A stretch of DNA of 64,000 nucleotides. Source: Kiritimatiellia bacterium. GTDB lineage: Bacteria; Verrucomicrobiota; Kiritimatiellia; RFP12; JAAYLN01. The stretch covers positions 1,903 to 65,902 of the forward strand of contig JAZUMF010000105.1 of assembly GCA_045603485.1 (NCBI GenBank), in the 5' to 3' direction. Below, piece by piece: positions 27,401 through 42,705 of the stretch; position 1 is the first letter of the stretch, and each line of letters opens with the position of its first letter. The notes below the pieces were generated by a model. It saw nothing but the letters and a program-made list of their open reading frames with translations, was not told where the DNA came from and did not search any database. The position numbers and the translations under genes were made by a program.

Positions 27401-27961
27401 TTACTTTACAAGGTTCATGAATTCTGCTCGCGTTGCAGCATTTCGCCTAAACGAGCCAAGGACTGCCGAAGTTGTCATAACGGAATTCTGCTTCTCGACA
27501 CCGCGCATCATCATACAAAGGTGACGGCACTCCATGACGACGCCGACACCTTGAGCGTCAACCGCCTTCTGAATCTCCTCAGCAATCTGCTGAGTCATTC
27601 TCTCCTGAATCTGAAGCCGGCGGGCATAGACCTCCATAATCCTAGCCAGCTTTGAAACTCCCAAGACCTTGCCGTTTGAGACATAGCCGATATGGCAACG
27701 GCCGTAAAAAGGGAGCAAATGGTGCTCGCAAAGACTATAAACCTCAATATCACGAACTATCACCATATCATTTGAGGTCGTCGTGAAAATTGCCCCATTC
27801 ACCTCTTTCGCTATATTCTTTCTATAGCCTGAGGTTAAAAATTCGTATGCTTTCGCTACGCGTGATGGGGTCTTAATCAAGCCCTCGCGATTGGGATCCT
27901 CGCCCAACTCTATTAAGAGCTCTCTTACAAGCTCTTCAATCCTTTTATGGTTAACTTTCAT
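27401..27961 (-). CDS. folE: GTP cyclohydrolase I
   Basis: 186 aa with ...[17 protein letters not shown]... containing the Zn-binding CEHH and catalytic motifs. Confidence 0.9.
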   Translation of the reverse strand: MKVNHKRIEELVRELLIELGEDPNREGLIKTPSRVAKAYEFLTSGYRKNIAKEVNGAIFTTTSNDMVIVRDIEVYSLCEHHLLPFYGRCHIGYVSNGKVLGVSKLARIMEVYARRLQIQERMTQQIAEEIQKAVDAQGVGVVMECRHLCMMMRGVEKQNSVMTTSAVLGSFRRNAATRAEFMNLVK

Positions 27962-28121
27962 CTATACTATTTTACCAATAAAACGGCATTGTGGCAAACG
28001 CTGCATCGCAATCCGCCCTTATCATGACCTCGGCAAGTGCATTTAACTTCACCTTACCCCTAACCGTTGCGACGATTTTGGGCTAGGAGCAAAACGATTT
28101 TTCCCCTTACTCGATTCCGCG

Positions 28122-29870
28122 TCAGGGGATTGCTACTGTCGCATGGGGTGGAATCGTTATTTTATTTCCGTTGACAAGGCCATAGACAGTAGTTGCTGTC
28201 GGATTGGTGACAAAATCCTTCTTCAGACTCCACCTTAGCTTTCGAGATGCCGTTATGTAGTCGTATATCGCGATATTGGTTGTGTACCAGATGTCGTCGT
28301 GGCCGGCCATTGCAGCACAAAATTCCTCAATGACATTCCAGTTTCTCCTCCCGTCAAACTCAAAGGAATGGCCCCAGATATAGCAGAGCAGAGGCTCAAG
28401 ACCGGGCTCTGAATCGAGGAATCGCTTTCCTATCTCTGCGATATTGCCATTGTAATGTGCTGTTGGATGCCAGCTGTAAAAGTCTTTTGGCAAGGCAAAG
28501 ATATCAGTCGGTGGCGGCGTGGTGAGGCGCGCATAAGCGACATCAAATGCCGAAAGGATTGTATCAGATTCGGTTGTCTTGGACGACGCGCCGCAAGGAT
28601 AAGCAAACCCCCTGACAGGCTGATTGAGGATACCCTCCAAGGCTTCCTTGTCGCGAGAGATATCTTGAAGAACAACCGGCCAAGGCACGCTTGAATAGGT
28701 TTCGTGCTGGGCTCCATGGAGCGCAATCTCATGGCCCTTATAGAGTGAAGGCAATTCCTCCTGCGTCACATTGCATTGAGGGCGACCTTCGCTGTCGCGT
28801 TGAATATCAGCAGGAATTACCTTTAACCTCCCCTTTGAGTTTACATTAAAGGTGCCGCGCATGCCATACCTGTTAAAGATTTCGACCAGACGGCGATCTG
28901 CCGCATGGGCGTCGTCATATGAAAATGTCAAAGCCTTACGCTTCCAATTTGGATAGGTAAGCGCAAACTCTCCATCCACTTCGGCATGGTCGCCTGTATC
29001 TATTACAACGGCTTGCTCTGGCTGCTTGGCGCCAATCGTCTTGAGGTCTACGACGGTTCCCGGAGGCAGGATTATCGGTGTATTGTTCTTGGTGCCGTAT
29101 TCATCACCCCAATTTGCGTAAAGGGGAATTGAAGAGCAATTCTCAACAACCGTACCATCAAGTGTGATCTTAACGCTCCGCATTGCCGATATGTAATTGC
29201 ACATATCAAGGTTTGTCACATACCAGATATCCTTGTTGTTTGAGAGTATTTGACCGACCTCCTCAATAACACTCCAGTTATCGTCGCGATTAAATTCGTA
29301 GCTGTGGCCAAAAATGTTCAGAAATAGCAACTTACCGCCCCATGCGGTATCGGACAGGAGCTGCTTTGAGAATGCCGCCGAATTTTCTCTATGATGAATC
29401 GTAGAAAACCAGCGCATAAAATCATTTGGCAGTGTAAAGGATTTAGAGCGTGCGCCCGGGCGGGCATAAAGGAAGCCGGCCTCGCGCATTCCGGAAACCG
29501 CATAAGGAGAATGATGACCGTAAGGCGATGCAAAGCCAACGACAGGCCTGCCGAGAATATCCTCAAGCTTTGAGCGGCCGTCCTGAAGCTCTCTCTTGAG
29601 CTCTTCCGGCGGCAAATCGTTAAGATGAAGATGACTGAAGCCGTGAGATGCGACCTCGTGCCCCTCATAGAGAGATGCCATTTCCTCTGCCGTTATAAAG
29701 CGTTCGCCGCCAAGGCGTCCAGGCGAAATATTGAAGGTACCCTTGAAATTGTATTTGTTAAAGATGTCAACCAGACGGCGATCCTCTGTCGTTCCATCGT
29801 CATACGAAAATGAGAGGGCCTTTTTACGCCAACCAGGGAAAGTGAAGTAAAGTTCCATACAACATCTCAC
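28122..29870 (-). CDS. Polysaccharide deacetylase with two tandem NodB (CE4) domains
   Basis: FSYDDGTTEDRRLVDIFNKY...GHEVASHGFSHLHL and a second copy LTFSYDDAHAADRRLVEIFNRY...GHEIALHGAQHETY, giving two DD / H..H motif sets. Confidence 0.7.
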   Translation of the reverse strand: MRCCMELYFTFPGWRKKALSFSYDDGTTEDRRLVDIFNKYNFKGTFNISPGRLGGERFITAEEMASLYEGHEVASHGFSHLHLNDLPPEELKRELQDGRSKLEDILGRPVVGFASPYGHHSPYAVSGMREAGFLYARPGARSKSFTLPNDFMRWFSTIHHRENSAAFSKQLLSDTAWGGKLLFLNIFGHSYEFNRDDNWSVIEEVGQILSNNKDIWYVTNLDMCNYISAMRSVKITLDGTVVENCSSIPLYANWGDEYGTKNNTPIILPPGTVVDLKTIGAKQPEQAVVIDTGDHAEVDGEFALTYPNWKRKALTFSYDDAHAADRRLVEIFNRYGMRGTFNVNSKGRLKVIPADIQRDSEGRPQCNVTQEELPSLYKGHEIALHGAQHETYSSVPWPVVLQDISRDKEALEGILNQPVRGFAYPCGASSKTTESDTILSAFDVAYARLTTPPPTDIFALPKDFYSWHPTAHYNGNIAEIGKRFLDSEPGLEPLLCYIWGHSFEFDGRRNWNVIEEFCAAMAGHDDIWYTTNIAIYDYITASRKLRWSLKKDFVTNPTATTVYGLVNGNKITIPPHATVAIP

Positions 29871-29922
29871 TTGTTAAGTTAATTACACTTTAGGTCAATT
29901 ATATCATAATCTTGAGGATATA

Positions 29923-32310
29923 ATGATAAATGCTATAATTGATAAGACTTGGAAGTTGATTATGAATAAAAACGACACCTTGACAATGACAAAACCCGCC
30001 TCTTGGCATGGAGACTTCGGGAAAGATTCTACGCCGTTGGGTAATGGTAAAACAGGGGTCTTAATTCGGGGTGCCGTCCGTTACGAAGAGATTATTTTTA
30101 ATCGCGCCGATTGCTGGTCCGGCGCCTTTGCAAAACCACTACCCGATGTCTCGTCTTCTCTCGGTGAAATGCGCCAATTGATAGACGAAGGCGATTATGC
30201 GAAGGCCAACGACCTTATGTACAAAAGACTTCGCGAATCGGGATATGGCAGCAGCACAGGCAGACCTATAATCCTAGGCGCACTTTATTTAGATTTCAAA
30301 GCGACCGGACTCTTCTCAAATTACAAGCGCATCCTGCATATGGATACAGGAGAGTGCGAAATTGCATACAGTCAAAAGTCTCGTCATACAAGCAGGCGCT
30401 GTCTCGTTTCGCGTGCAGACGACACTTTTTATTATGAATTTTCCTCCAATGAAGATACCGAAGTATCATTAAGCTTTGACTGCTATAATGATCACACGCC
30501 GCATACCGAAGAGTGGAGAGAAACCATCCAAAAAAACCTGACGCGAAGCTATTACGATAACGGCTTTGACTATCAGGTCGATCTATCAGACATTTCTTAT
30601 CTTGTAAAGATTCGCATTTACGGTGCAAATGTCATTAGAGACAATGACGCCTTTAAGTGGAGTGCAAAAAATTTTAGGATTGCGATAAAATGCGCATCAG
30701 GTAGAAAAACGGTAAAAAAACTTACCTCGCCAGCCGACTTTGACTACAGACAGGTCCTCGCAAGCCACGCCAAGCTCCACGGTAAACTCTATAAAAGTTG
30801 CGACATAAGGCTTTGCAAAGGCAAAAGCCTCACCAATGAAGCTCTACTATGCGAAGCCTTTCAAGATAAAGCGAGCCCTGAACTCATTGAAAAGATGTGG
30901 CGGTTTGGACGCTTCCTCTTTATTTCAGGAACCGCCAAGGATGGTCTGCCATTCCCCCTCTACGGGCTATGGCATCACAACCATCGCCCATTATGGGCGC
31001 AACATGTGGCAAATGAAAATGTCGAAATTATTCATTGGCACATCAATGCCGGCGGGCTGGCCGAATTATGCAAGCCCTTAATAGACTATTACTATGACGG
31101 CATGGAAAGTTTCCGCGAAAACGCCAAAAAACTCTTTGGCTGCAAAGGAATCTTTATCGGCAGCTACACCTCGCCGATTTGCAAATCACTCTCGGTTTTC
31201 GTCCCGGTAATACTCCACTTCACCGGAGTTGCCGGCTGGCTTTCACAGCATTTTTACAAATATTATAAAATGACAGGAGACAAGAGGCTCCTCAAAGAAA
31301 AGATTCTGCCATTTATGGTTGCGGCGGCAGACTTCTACCTCGATTACATAACATACGATAAAGATGGCAAAGTGCTTTACTACCCATGCGTTTCACCTGA
31401 AAACTCCCCAAAAAACCTCATTCGTGAGGCAAAAGGGCAAATGGGCCATCCGGCACCCGTTACAAAAAATGCCGTTATTGAGCTTGCCATTGTAAAAGAG
31501 CTATTCAAAAATCTGATTACTCTCATCGATGAAACCGGGCTCTATGCAGACTATCGCACAAAACTGAAAGCCGTCCTAGAACGCTTCGGAGACTATCAGG
31601 TGAATAAAGACGGAGCATTAAAGGAGTGGGCGCTTGACACCCTCGAAGACAACTACTCGCACAGGCATCTATCCCACATTTATCCCCTATTCCCCGGCAA
31701 TGAGATTTCAAAAGGTAATCCACTCTACGATGCGGTTGAGCGGGCAGTCGATTTAAGAGAGCTTGGCGCGCAGTCGGGATGGTCACTCTCACATACCGCA
31801 TCCATTTATGCCACATTAGGCCGCGGAGAACAAGTGATAGAAATGCTCGACACAATGCTGAAAGGAGCTACCCTCGACAACCTCTTCACATTGCACAACG
31901 ACTATCGCAATATGGGTGTAACACTTGAAATGGACAATGCTCCAGTCCAACTCGATGCCAATATGGGACTAGTCAACGCAGTGCAAATGATGCTTTTTAT
32001 TGAGGGAGATAATACGATTTCGCTGCTTCCCGCACTTCCCACGCGGCTATCCCAAGGGCGTGCCAGCAAACTCCGATTTACCCTCGGCGAACTGTCGTTA
32101 GATTGGAATCTCGACAAGCGATATCTTTCAGCGACCGTCAAGCTACGCAAAAGTGGAAGGATAAAAATTATTTTACCTCCCTTTGCTACAGATTTCACCG
32201 TCTCAACTCATGGCGGAACAACAGAAACAAATCCAGACAACGGCATAAGCTTCTCTGGCACCAAGGGCGATAGGATAATTATTGCGACTTCGCACTGTGC
32301 CAAAATTTGA
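29923..32310 (+). CDS. GH95-like glycoside hydrolase (alpha-L-fucosidase/galactosidase family), tentative
   Basis: The N-terminal TPLGNGKTGVLIRGAVRYEEIIFNRADCWSG resembles the GH95 N-terminal signature (PLGNGxxG...E.i.lNe.tlWSG). Its 795-aa size fits. Confidence 0.55.
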   Translation: MINAIIDKTWKLIMNKNDTLTMTKPASWHGDFGKDSTPLGNGKTGVLIRGAVRYEEIIFNRADCWSGAFAKPLPDVSSSLGEMRQLIDEGDYAKANDLMYKRLRESGYGSSTGRPIILGALYLDFKATGLFSNYKRILHMDTGECEIAYSQKSRHTSRRCLVSRADDTFYYEFSSNEDTEVSLSFDCYNDHTPHTEEWRETIQKNLTRSYYDNGFDYQVDLSDISYLVKIRIYGANVIRDNDAFKWSAKNFRIAIKCASGRKTVKKLTSPADFDYRQVLASHAKLHGKLYKSCDIRLCKGKSLTNEALLCEAFQDKASPELIEKMWRFGRFLFISGTAKDGLPFPLYGLWHHNHRPLWAQHVANENVEIIHWHINAGGLAELCKPLIDYYYDGMESFRENAKKLFGCKGIFIGSYTSPICKSLSVFVPVILHFTGVAGWLSQHFYKYYKMTGDKRLLKEKILPFMVAAADFYLDYITYDKDGKVLYYPCVSPENSPKNLIREAKGQMGHPAPVTKNAVIELAIVKELFKNLITLIDETGLYADYRTKLKAVLERFGDYQVNKDGALKEWALDTLEDNYSHRHLSHIYPLFPGNEISKGNPLYDAVERAVDLRELGAQSGWSLSHTASIYATLGRGEQVIEMLDTMLKGATLDNLFTLHNDYRNMGVTLEMDNAPVQLDANMGLVNAVQMMLFIEGDNTISLLPALPTRLSQGRASKLRFTLGELSLDWNLDKRYLSATVKLRKSGRIKIILPPFATDFTVSTHGGTTETNPDNGISFSGTKGDRIIIATSHCAKI

Positions 32311-32366
32311 CAAAAATACCCTTTAGAATGTAAAATTTACTATCTCTAATTTTAAGGAAAAATTAC

Positions 32367-32588
32367 ATGCCCAACGACGATTCAATTGAAGTCACTGGTA
32401 CCGTAGTCAAGGTTCTCCCGGCTACAATGTACCGCGTCAAACTCGAAAACGGCCACGAGCTTCTTGCTCATGTTTCTGGCCGTATGCGTAAGCATTTCAT
32501 CAAAATCACAACTGGCGACAAGGTCACCTTGGAGATTTCACCGTACGATTTGTCCAAGGGCCGCATCACCTATAGGCATAAGGCATAG
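32367..32588 (+). CDS. infA: Translation initiation factor IF-1
   Basis: 73 aa, ...[47 protein letters not shown]..., a classic S1-like IF-1. Confidence 0.9.
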   Translation: MPNDDSIEVTGTVVKVLPATMYRVKLENGHELLAHVSGRMRKHFIKITTGDKVTLEISPYDLSKGRITYRHKA

Positions 32589-32596
32589 TAACTGCT

Positions 32597-33441
32597 ATGG
32601 CGCGGGCTTCCGTTATAATAGGATTATGCTCGTTGCTTGCGGCGACCGCATTGGCAAGTGGATTACCTCCATTCTCCGATTACGAAGTCATCCTCAATCG
32701 CAAGCCGTTTGGAGATCCGAAGATTGTCGCTCAATCGGCTGGTGTGGACAAGGCTACTGAGGCTGCAATAGCAGAGGAAAATAGAGCCAAGCAAACCTTG
32801 GCTAGACAGTTGCATCTCGTCGCAGTCAACATAATGCCAAGCGGAGCCATAGTCGTAGGCCTCGTCGATAAAACGACCAATCCATCGCGCAGTATGCTCC
32901 TTGCCCCCGGTGAATCGGAGGCGGGCTACAAGGTTGTCGAAGCAAATGTCAATGAAGAAACCGCCAAGATTGAAAAGGACGGTACGATAATCACCCTAAA
33001 GCTCGGCAAAGGGCTTGTCGAAGAACAGGCCACGGCTGAAGAAGGTGCCGAGGGTCAGCCCGGCACACCCGTAGAGACTCCCCTGGCGCAGCCGCCAGTC
33101 AATCCGCCCCCTCGCGCAGACGGAGCACAGCCGCAGGTGCCGCACAGGTCTCTTGTGAGACCAGGGTTTCGAAACTTCCGTGGTGGCGCCGGCTTCCGAC
33201 AAAGGAAGATGGAGCAGAATCGGCTTGAAGAGCAGCAGCGCGAGGCTACCGAACAAAAGCTTGCCCATGCGGCAACGGTGGCTGCCGAGAAAAAAATGAA
33301 TGAGAAGCTTAATGCCCGTGAGCGGGAAATGAATCTTCGTCTTATCCGTCAAGGTCAGCAACCGCTTTCAGAGATAGAGCTGACACCCGAAGAAGAACGA
33401 ACTCTAATTGACGAAGGTGTAATACCAGAGCAATCCCAACA

Positions 33442-33445
<4 letters not shown>
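32597..33445 (+). CDS. Secreted hypothetical protein (N-terminal beta-rich domain, Pro-rich linker, C-terminal charged coiled coil; GspC/PilP-like?)
   Basis: Signal peptide, low-complexity PGTPVETPLAQPPVNPPP, and an E/Q/R-rich C-terminus. Any domain guess is weak. Confidence 0.35.
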
Positions 33446-37776
<4,331 letters not shown>

Positions 37777-37780
<4 letters not shown>

Positions 37781-38481
37781 TTAATCGCATCGACAATTTC
37801 AGCCGGCGAATCTGAATTTCTAAGAAGCTCAAGGAGAGTCTTATCGTTCAGAAGCATACAGAGACGCGCCAATGTGCGGAGGTGTACCTTATCCTCGTGA
37901 CAAACCAAGGTGAAGAATAAATCGGTAGGCTTGCCGTCGGGCGCGCCGAAGTGAATTGGGGTTGCAGTGCGACCGAGGAGAAGAAACGATTCGCTTGCGA
38001 GATAGGGATCGTGACAGCGGGGATGAAGAATGGCAAATCCGCCGGCCATAGCTGTTGAGCAAAGCTCCTCGCGCCGTCTTAAGCTTTCAAGCAAATCCTT
38101 CGGGTCGTAAAGCAACCCCAGTTCGTCCGCCATCCTGACCGACTCCGATATCACCGATGCCTTTGTGCGCGCGTTAAAATTCAGGTTTATGCGCTCTATT
38201 GAAAGAAGCGATGTCAAAGACAAGGCAACTCCGTCCTTGCGATGGTCGTGAGCGGCATTCTTTTCATAATCGCCCAGCTTGCGCTCATTCATTGCAAGAA
38301 TATGGCGCGACGCCCACGCGTCCAAATCATCTTCCCTAAAGCTCGGTCGGGAAATATCGCCGATGTAGGGCAGCTCCCCTTCTCTTGCATACGCAATTAT
38401 ATCACGACTCGGCATATGCAGATAAGCCGCGGCATCATCCAAATTTAATTGCCTTATAGCCATCAGTACCAGACCCTCCAA
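37777..38481 (-). CDS. Fusion: HTH_17 (excisionase/MerR-like) DNA-binding domain + PTS EIIA-2 (EIIA-Ntr-like) domain
   Basis: The N-terminus is LNLDDAAAYLHMPSRDIIAYAREGELPYIGDISRPSFREDDLDAW, an Xis-family HTH pattern. The C-terminus is ...GGFAILHPRCH...DLFFTLVCHEDKVHLRTLARL (the EIIA-2 fold with its His). Confidence 0.6.
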
Positions 38482-39215
38482 AGGGTTAGACCTTGAGGAG
38501 GTGCAGATGGAACACGCGCTGTGCGACTAGCGCAGGAATCAAGCAATTCGGTAATTCGCTCAGGTCTCTCCTGACCATGCCCAATGCGAATAAGCATCCC
38601 TACCATGCTGCGTACCTGTTTATAGAGAAAGCCGTTGCCACGGACGCGCAGAGTGATAAAACTGCCGCGTTTTGAAATTTCAAAATCGGTGATAGTCCTG
38701 ACCGTTGAATCAATCTCCCGTTGTGGATTTGCCATAAATGGACGAAAGTCATGCTCCCCGACAAACCTTGCTGCCCCCTCCCGCATCAAATCAAGATTAA
38801 GAGGTCGATGGACCTGCACGGCATAAAGTCGCTCTTGCGGCGCCAGGATTTTACCATTGAAGATGCAATAACGGTACTCCTTGGAGTGGGCCGTCCGTCT
38901 TGCATGAAAGTTATCGCCGACCTTCTTTACCGAAGTAATTCTGATGTCTTGCGGAAGCCTGGCATTGAGCGCAAAGAGAATTGAACGCACAGTCATTCGT
39001 GTATCAAGGTCGAAATGTGCGACTTGCCCACGCGCATGCACCCCGCGGTCTGTACGACCACTTCCGTGAAGCTTAACGCGCACACCCGCCATTGCCTCTA
39101 TGGCAAGCTCTATTACCTCTTGCACCGTCGTGTGACCAGGTTGGACCTGCCATCCTGCATAGTTTGTGCCGTCGTAGGCAATGGTTAGACAAAAACGCAT
39201 AACGCTTACTCGCAA
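38463..39215 (-). CDS. truA: tRNA pseudouridine(38-40) synthase
   Basis: LTIAYDGTNYAGWQVQPG and GSGRTDRGVHARGQVAHFD with the catalytic Asp. Confidence 0.85.
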   Translation of the reverse strand: MRVSVMRFCLTIAYDGTNYAGWQVQPGHTTVQEVIELAIEAMAGVRVKLHGSGRTDRGVHARGQVAHFDLDTRMTVRSILFALNARLPQDIRITSVKKVGDNFHARRTAHSKEYRYCIFNGKILAPQERLYAVQVHRPLNLDLMREGAARFVGEHDFRPFMANPQREIDSTVRTITDFEISKRGSFITLRVRGNGFLYKQVRSMVGMLIRIGHGQERPERITELLDSCASRTARVPSAPPQGLTLWRVWY

Positions 39216-39739
39216 AGGCGGGCAATTTCAGGGTCTTTTTCCTTAATCTCTTCGGGCGTCAATCCTTCAAGCTCATGAGGAAAGACTATCCACTCGTTTG
39301 TGGCTTTTAAGAAGAAATCAGGCTCTATTTCCGTTTTGTTGTTGTGCGGCTTGTAGTATAAGGTCGCTATTTTAGGCTCGCACCCGGCCTCTGCAAGCAA
39401 CTGCTTTAGACGCCATGCCGTCTGCCCGCTGTCAAAAACATCATCAACGACAAGTATCTTCTTACCTGGGGTCAAAAAGGTGTTGAACTTTTCCGGCAAA
39501 TCAATCGAAAAGGTCGAAGTTTGCGACATGCCTGAATAGGACGAGCACTTAACCGGAAGATTTGCACATTGATGTCCCTTAAAGACAAAAAATTCATGAA
39601 CGGAAATCGCAATAGGCGTACCGCCGCGCCAAAGACCCACAAGTAAGTCAGGACGGTAGCCTGTATCCCAAATTGACTTTGCGAATGCAAAGGCATCCCG
39701 ATTTTGCTGGTCAGCTGAAATGTAAACCTTCTTTGACAT
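39206..39739 (-). CDS. Purine phosphoribosyltransferase (xanthine-guanine PRT-like)
   Basis: PRPP-binding ILVVDDVFDSGQT; the size and C-terminal region resemble Gpt. Confidence 0.6.
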   Translation of the reverse strand: MSKKVYISADQQNRDAFAFAKSIWDTGYRPDLLVGLWRGGTPIAISVHEFFVFKGHQCANLPVKCSSYSGMSQTSTFSIDLPEKFNTFLTPGKKILVVDDVFDSGQTAWRLKQLLAEAGCEPKIATLYYKPHNNKTEIEPDFFLKATNEWIVFPHELEGLTPEEIKEKDPEIARLCE

Positions 39740-39753
39740 AGCCCTACCCTAGA

Positions 39754-41118
39754 TTACTTGCCTTCTTCAGTGAAGAAATAAACGGTTGGATGAGTTTTCC
39801 TTAAAAGACGCACCGTTGGCATAATCGCCGAGAGCGGAGTCTTTGCCGGTGCAAAAACGAGAAGCACAGGTAGCCCCGCCCCGTTTTCGGCAATAGTGGC
39901 AGCCGCCGCCTCTGGAGTCTTTGCTGTAAATGTTTTAGAGGAAAGAATTGGCTCAAGCGAATCAGTTGAAGTCCAATCCTCCAAAATCTTAGTCATGGAA
40001 ATCAAAGGCACGCCATTGGTCTCTAAACCAAAGTGAATTTCCCACGGTTGCGAAGGACGATCCTTAACCTTACGCCAGGTTGGACTTGGCATAAAGCCCT
40101 TGTAATAGACAGAATCTGCATTTGGGGTGGCGACCCGAATACCCTTGTCACCCTCAAGAAGCGCAAGCATTTGAGCTTGCTCAATTGCAGTCGCCAAAGA
40201 AATCTTATCATCAAAGACTATCTCGACAAATGGAGTAAAGCCCCCATCAACCGCGCCCTTCATCCTCGCGATGACATTTGAGGCCGCAAGCGTTGAACTG
40301 ACGCCTACCTCATTAAGATCGTAAACAACTCCATTGTCGCCATTCTTTACCGTAAGAACATAATCCTTTACATGGCGAAGACCGTCATTGCGTTTAAGGG
40401 GCCGAAAACGCAGCTTATAAAGACCGAAAGGCTTGAGCTTGGAATCAGGTGAAAGTAAAAAACGCTCATATACATCCGATTGCGGACAACGCATCGGCAT
40501 ATCGAGCACCGTTTGTGGCTCGTTGTATGATGAAAGAACCGAATTAGGAGCCAATGAATCGCAAAGGCGCGTGCCCTCCTTACCTTCAGGATCGTCAGGC
40601 GAACCGCAGAATATAAAGTAATCAACGGCTAAAGGCGCACGCGTTTGCATATCGATGATAAACCGTTGAATAGGGACATAAGTCGTATTGGTCTCGGAAA
40701 AAGGAGCGACATCCACTAAAATGCGCTCACCCTTAGGCCAAAAGCTCATAGTCCTGGAATCGACATTCTTACCCCTCGGCACGCCAAGAGCCTCTATTGC
40801 CCTCGCTATGGCGCCAGGTCGTGCAAAGGTACGAAAGAGAGCCTCATAGCTACGGTCGCTAAGCTCGCCAATAATAGGAAACTCAAGAGTCACCCCTGAT
40901 TGCACATCACACATCTCGGCAAGGACAACAACCTCGCCGGCCTTCTTATCAAGACGAAGAGCACGCTCTGCAATTATGCCAGCCTCCTTGGATTGCGCCG
41001 CCGTCCACTTATCGACAAAATCAAGATTGACCTTTTGCATATCGTTGGTCTCGTAGATAGTCGCAAAAGCGGAAAAAGCCACAAGACCAAAGAAAATAGA
41101 ACCCAAGAAACTCTTCAT
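39754..41118 (-). CDS. Secreted hypothetical protein
   Basis: Signal peptide MKSFLGSIFFGLVAFSAFA; no recognised domain. Confidence 0.35.
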   Translation of the reverse strand: MKSFLGSIFFGLVAFSAFATIYETNDMQKVNLDFVDKWTAAQSKEAGIIAERALRLDKKAGEVVVLAEMCDVQSGVTLEFPIIGELSDRSYEALFRTFARPGAIARAIEALGVPRGKNVDSRTMSFWPKGERILVDVAPFSETNTTYVPIQRFIIDMQTRAPLAVDYFIFCGSPDDPEGKEGTRLCDSLAPNSVLSSYNEPQTVLDMPMRCPQSDVYERFLLSPDSKLKPFGLYKLRFRPLKRNDGLRHVKDYVLTVKNGDNGVVYDLNEVGVSSTLAASNVIARMKGAVDGGFTPFVEIVFDDKISLATAIEQAQMLALLEGDKGIRVATPNADSVYYKGFMPSPTWRKVKDRPSQPWEIHFGLETNGVPLISMTKILEDWTSTDSLEPILSSKTFTAKTPEAAAATIAENGAGLPVLLVFAPAKTPLSAIMPTVRLLRKTHPTVYFFTEEGK

Positions 41119-41147
41119 CTTAACACCCCTTTATGACAAGCTCGACA

Positions 41148-42350
41148 CTACACCTTGTATGATGCGACAGCGCGGGCAAATGCCTCCCTTGAGCGCTCAA
41201 TCACATCAGTCTCAACGCTATAGCTAAGACGCATAAAACCAGGGCACCCAAAGCCGGAGCCTGGCACTGCCAAAACTCCATGCTCAAGCAAATGACCGAC
41301 GAACCTCACATCATCGCCGCCGGGCACCTCCGGGAATACATAAAATGCGCCGTTGGGCCGAACATACTTCAAACCGACCTCATCCAAAATCGCAAGCATC
41401 TTCTCGCGGCGCTCAGCGTATATAGAAAGGTCAACACCGCAGTTCAAAACCCGCATTGCAAGCTTTTGTCCAATGATAGGGGCATTGACGAAGCCAAGCG
41501 TACGAGTAGTCAAAACAACGGCCGCTAAAAACTGGTCAATGTTAGGCAAATCGGGATTCGCGACAAGATAGCCGACACGCTCACCGGCCATCGACAAACT
41601 CTTCGAAAACGACCCCAAAACAATCGCGAACGGAGATTTAGAAAGAACCGGCGGCACCTTTGCATTATCGTATGCAAGAAAACGGTAAGGCTCATCAGAA
41701 AGAATAAAAATCGGCCTCTCTCGATTTTCATTTATGCGGTTCACCATATCACCCAAAGCTTGCACAGACTCCTCAGAATATACACAGCCGGTCGGGTTAT
41801 TTGGCGAGTTGAACATAATCACGCGGGTATTAGGCGTAATCGCAGCCTCCATCGCCGCCAAATCGATATCAAAAGTATCGCGCTTAGCCGGCACAGGAAT
41901 AAGCTTACCGCCAAAATGACGGCAATATGAGCCGTATTCAACAAAGTATGGAGATGGCACCAAAACCTCATCCCCAGGATTCAGCACAGCGCGGAAGAAA
42001 GATGTGATAGCCCCGGCAGCACCGCACGAAACGACAACATGCTTAGCCGCAAGCGAAGGCACCTCCTGCTCAACGGCAAGCTTTGCAGCCAACGCCTCCC
42101 TAAATGGCATAAATCCCGCATTCGACGGATACCCCAATGCGCGCGGCTTCAAAAGATCGTCAGCCAAAGCATGCAATGCCACCGCCGCCTCATCTGGTGG
42201 CGGCAAGTCCGGATTACCAAGACTGAAGTCAAAAACATTCTCGTCGCCGATCTTCTTACGAAGCTCCGCGCCTGCCTCAAACATACGGCGAATCCACGAA
42301 GAACTACCAATCGCCGATGCAATTTCATCAGCCACAACTTTAATTGCCAT
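41148..42350 (-). CDS. Class I/II PLP-dependent aminotransferase (aspartate aminotransferase-like)
   Basis: The PLP-Lys region is SFSKSLSMAGERVGY. The start is set at internal MAIKVV to limit overlap with the upstream gene. Confidence 0.75.
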   Translation of the reverse strand: MAIKVVADEIASAIGSSSWIRRMFEAGAELRKKIGDENVFDFSLGNPDLPPPDEAAVALHALADDLLKPRALGYPSNAGFMPFREALAAKLAVEQEVPSLAAKHVVVSCGAAGAITSFFRAVLNPGDEVLVPSPYFVEYGSYCRHFGGKLIPVPAKRDTFDIDLAAMEAAITPNTRVIMFNSPNNPTGCVYSEESVQALGDMVNRINENRERPIFILSDEPYRFLAYDNAKVPPVLSKSPFAIVLGSFSKSLSMAGERVGYLVANPDLPNIDQFLAAVVLTTRTLGFVNAPIIGQKLAMRVLNCGVDLSIYAERREKMLAILDEVGLKYVRPNGAFYVFPEVPGGDDVRFVGHLLEHGVLAVPGSGFGCPGFMRLSYSVETDVIERSREAFARAVASYKV

Positions 42351-42705
42351 TCTCTGCATCCTTCTCTCTGGCATCTGCCAGCATACGCTTAACAATAGTA
42401 TTTGACGACTTTAAAAAACGGGAACCGCGTGTAATCTTACAAAGACTGACACCCAGCTTCTTTGAAATATCACGCTGCTTTTCACCTGCCTCAAGCATCT
42501 TGAAAATAAGCCACCGCGAATATAAATCACGCTGCTCCCCTACAGTCAAAAAATCGATAAAAGCCTGCTCGACCTCTTCCGGCTTTGACAGCTTAGAAAA
42601 TGCCGTTGCAAGCTCAGAACGAGCTTCCTTTAACTCCTTTGACAACTGAGGAGAATCAATAGTTTTAACTTTCTTGTCTCCACTCTTCATACTATTATAA
42701 TACAA
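42340..42705 (-). CDS. TrpR-like protein (YerC/YecD family)
   Basis: 121 aa. EQRDLYSRWLIFKMLEAGEKQRDISKKLGVSLCKITRGSR matches the TrpR/YerC HTH core. Confidence 0.65.
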   Translation of the reverse strand: MYYNSMKSGDKKVKTIDSPQLSKELKEARSELATAFSKLSKPEEVEQAFIDFLTVGEQRDLYSRWLIFKMLEAGEKQRDISKKLGVSLCKITRGSRFLKSSNTIVKRMLADAREKDAENGN

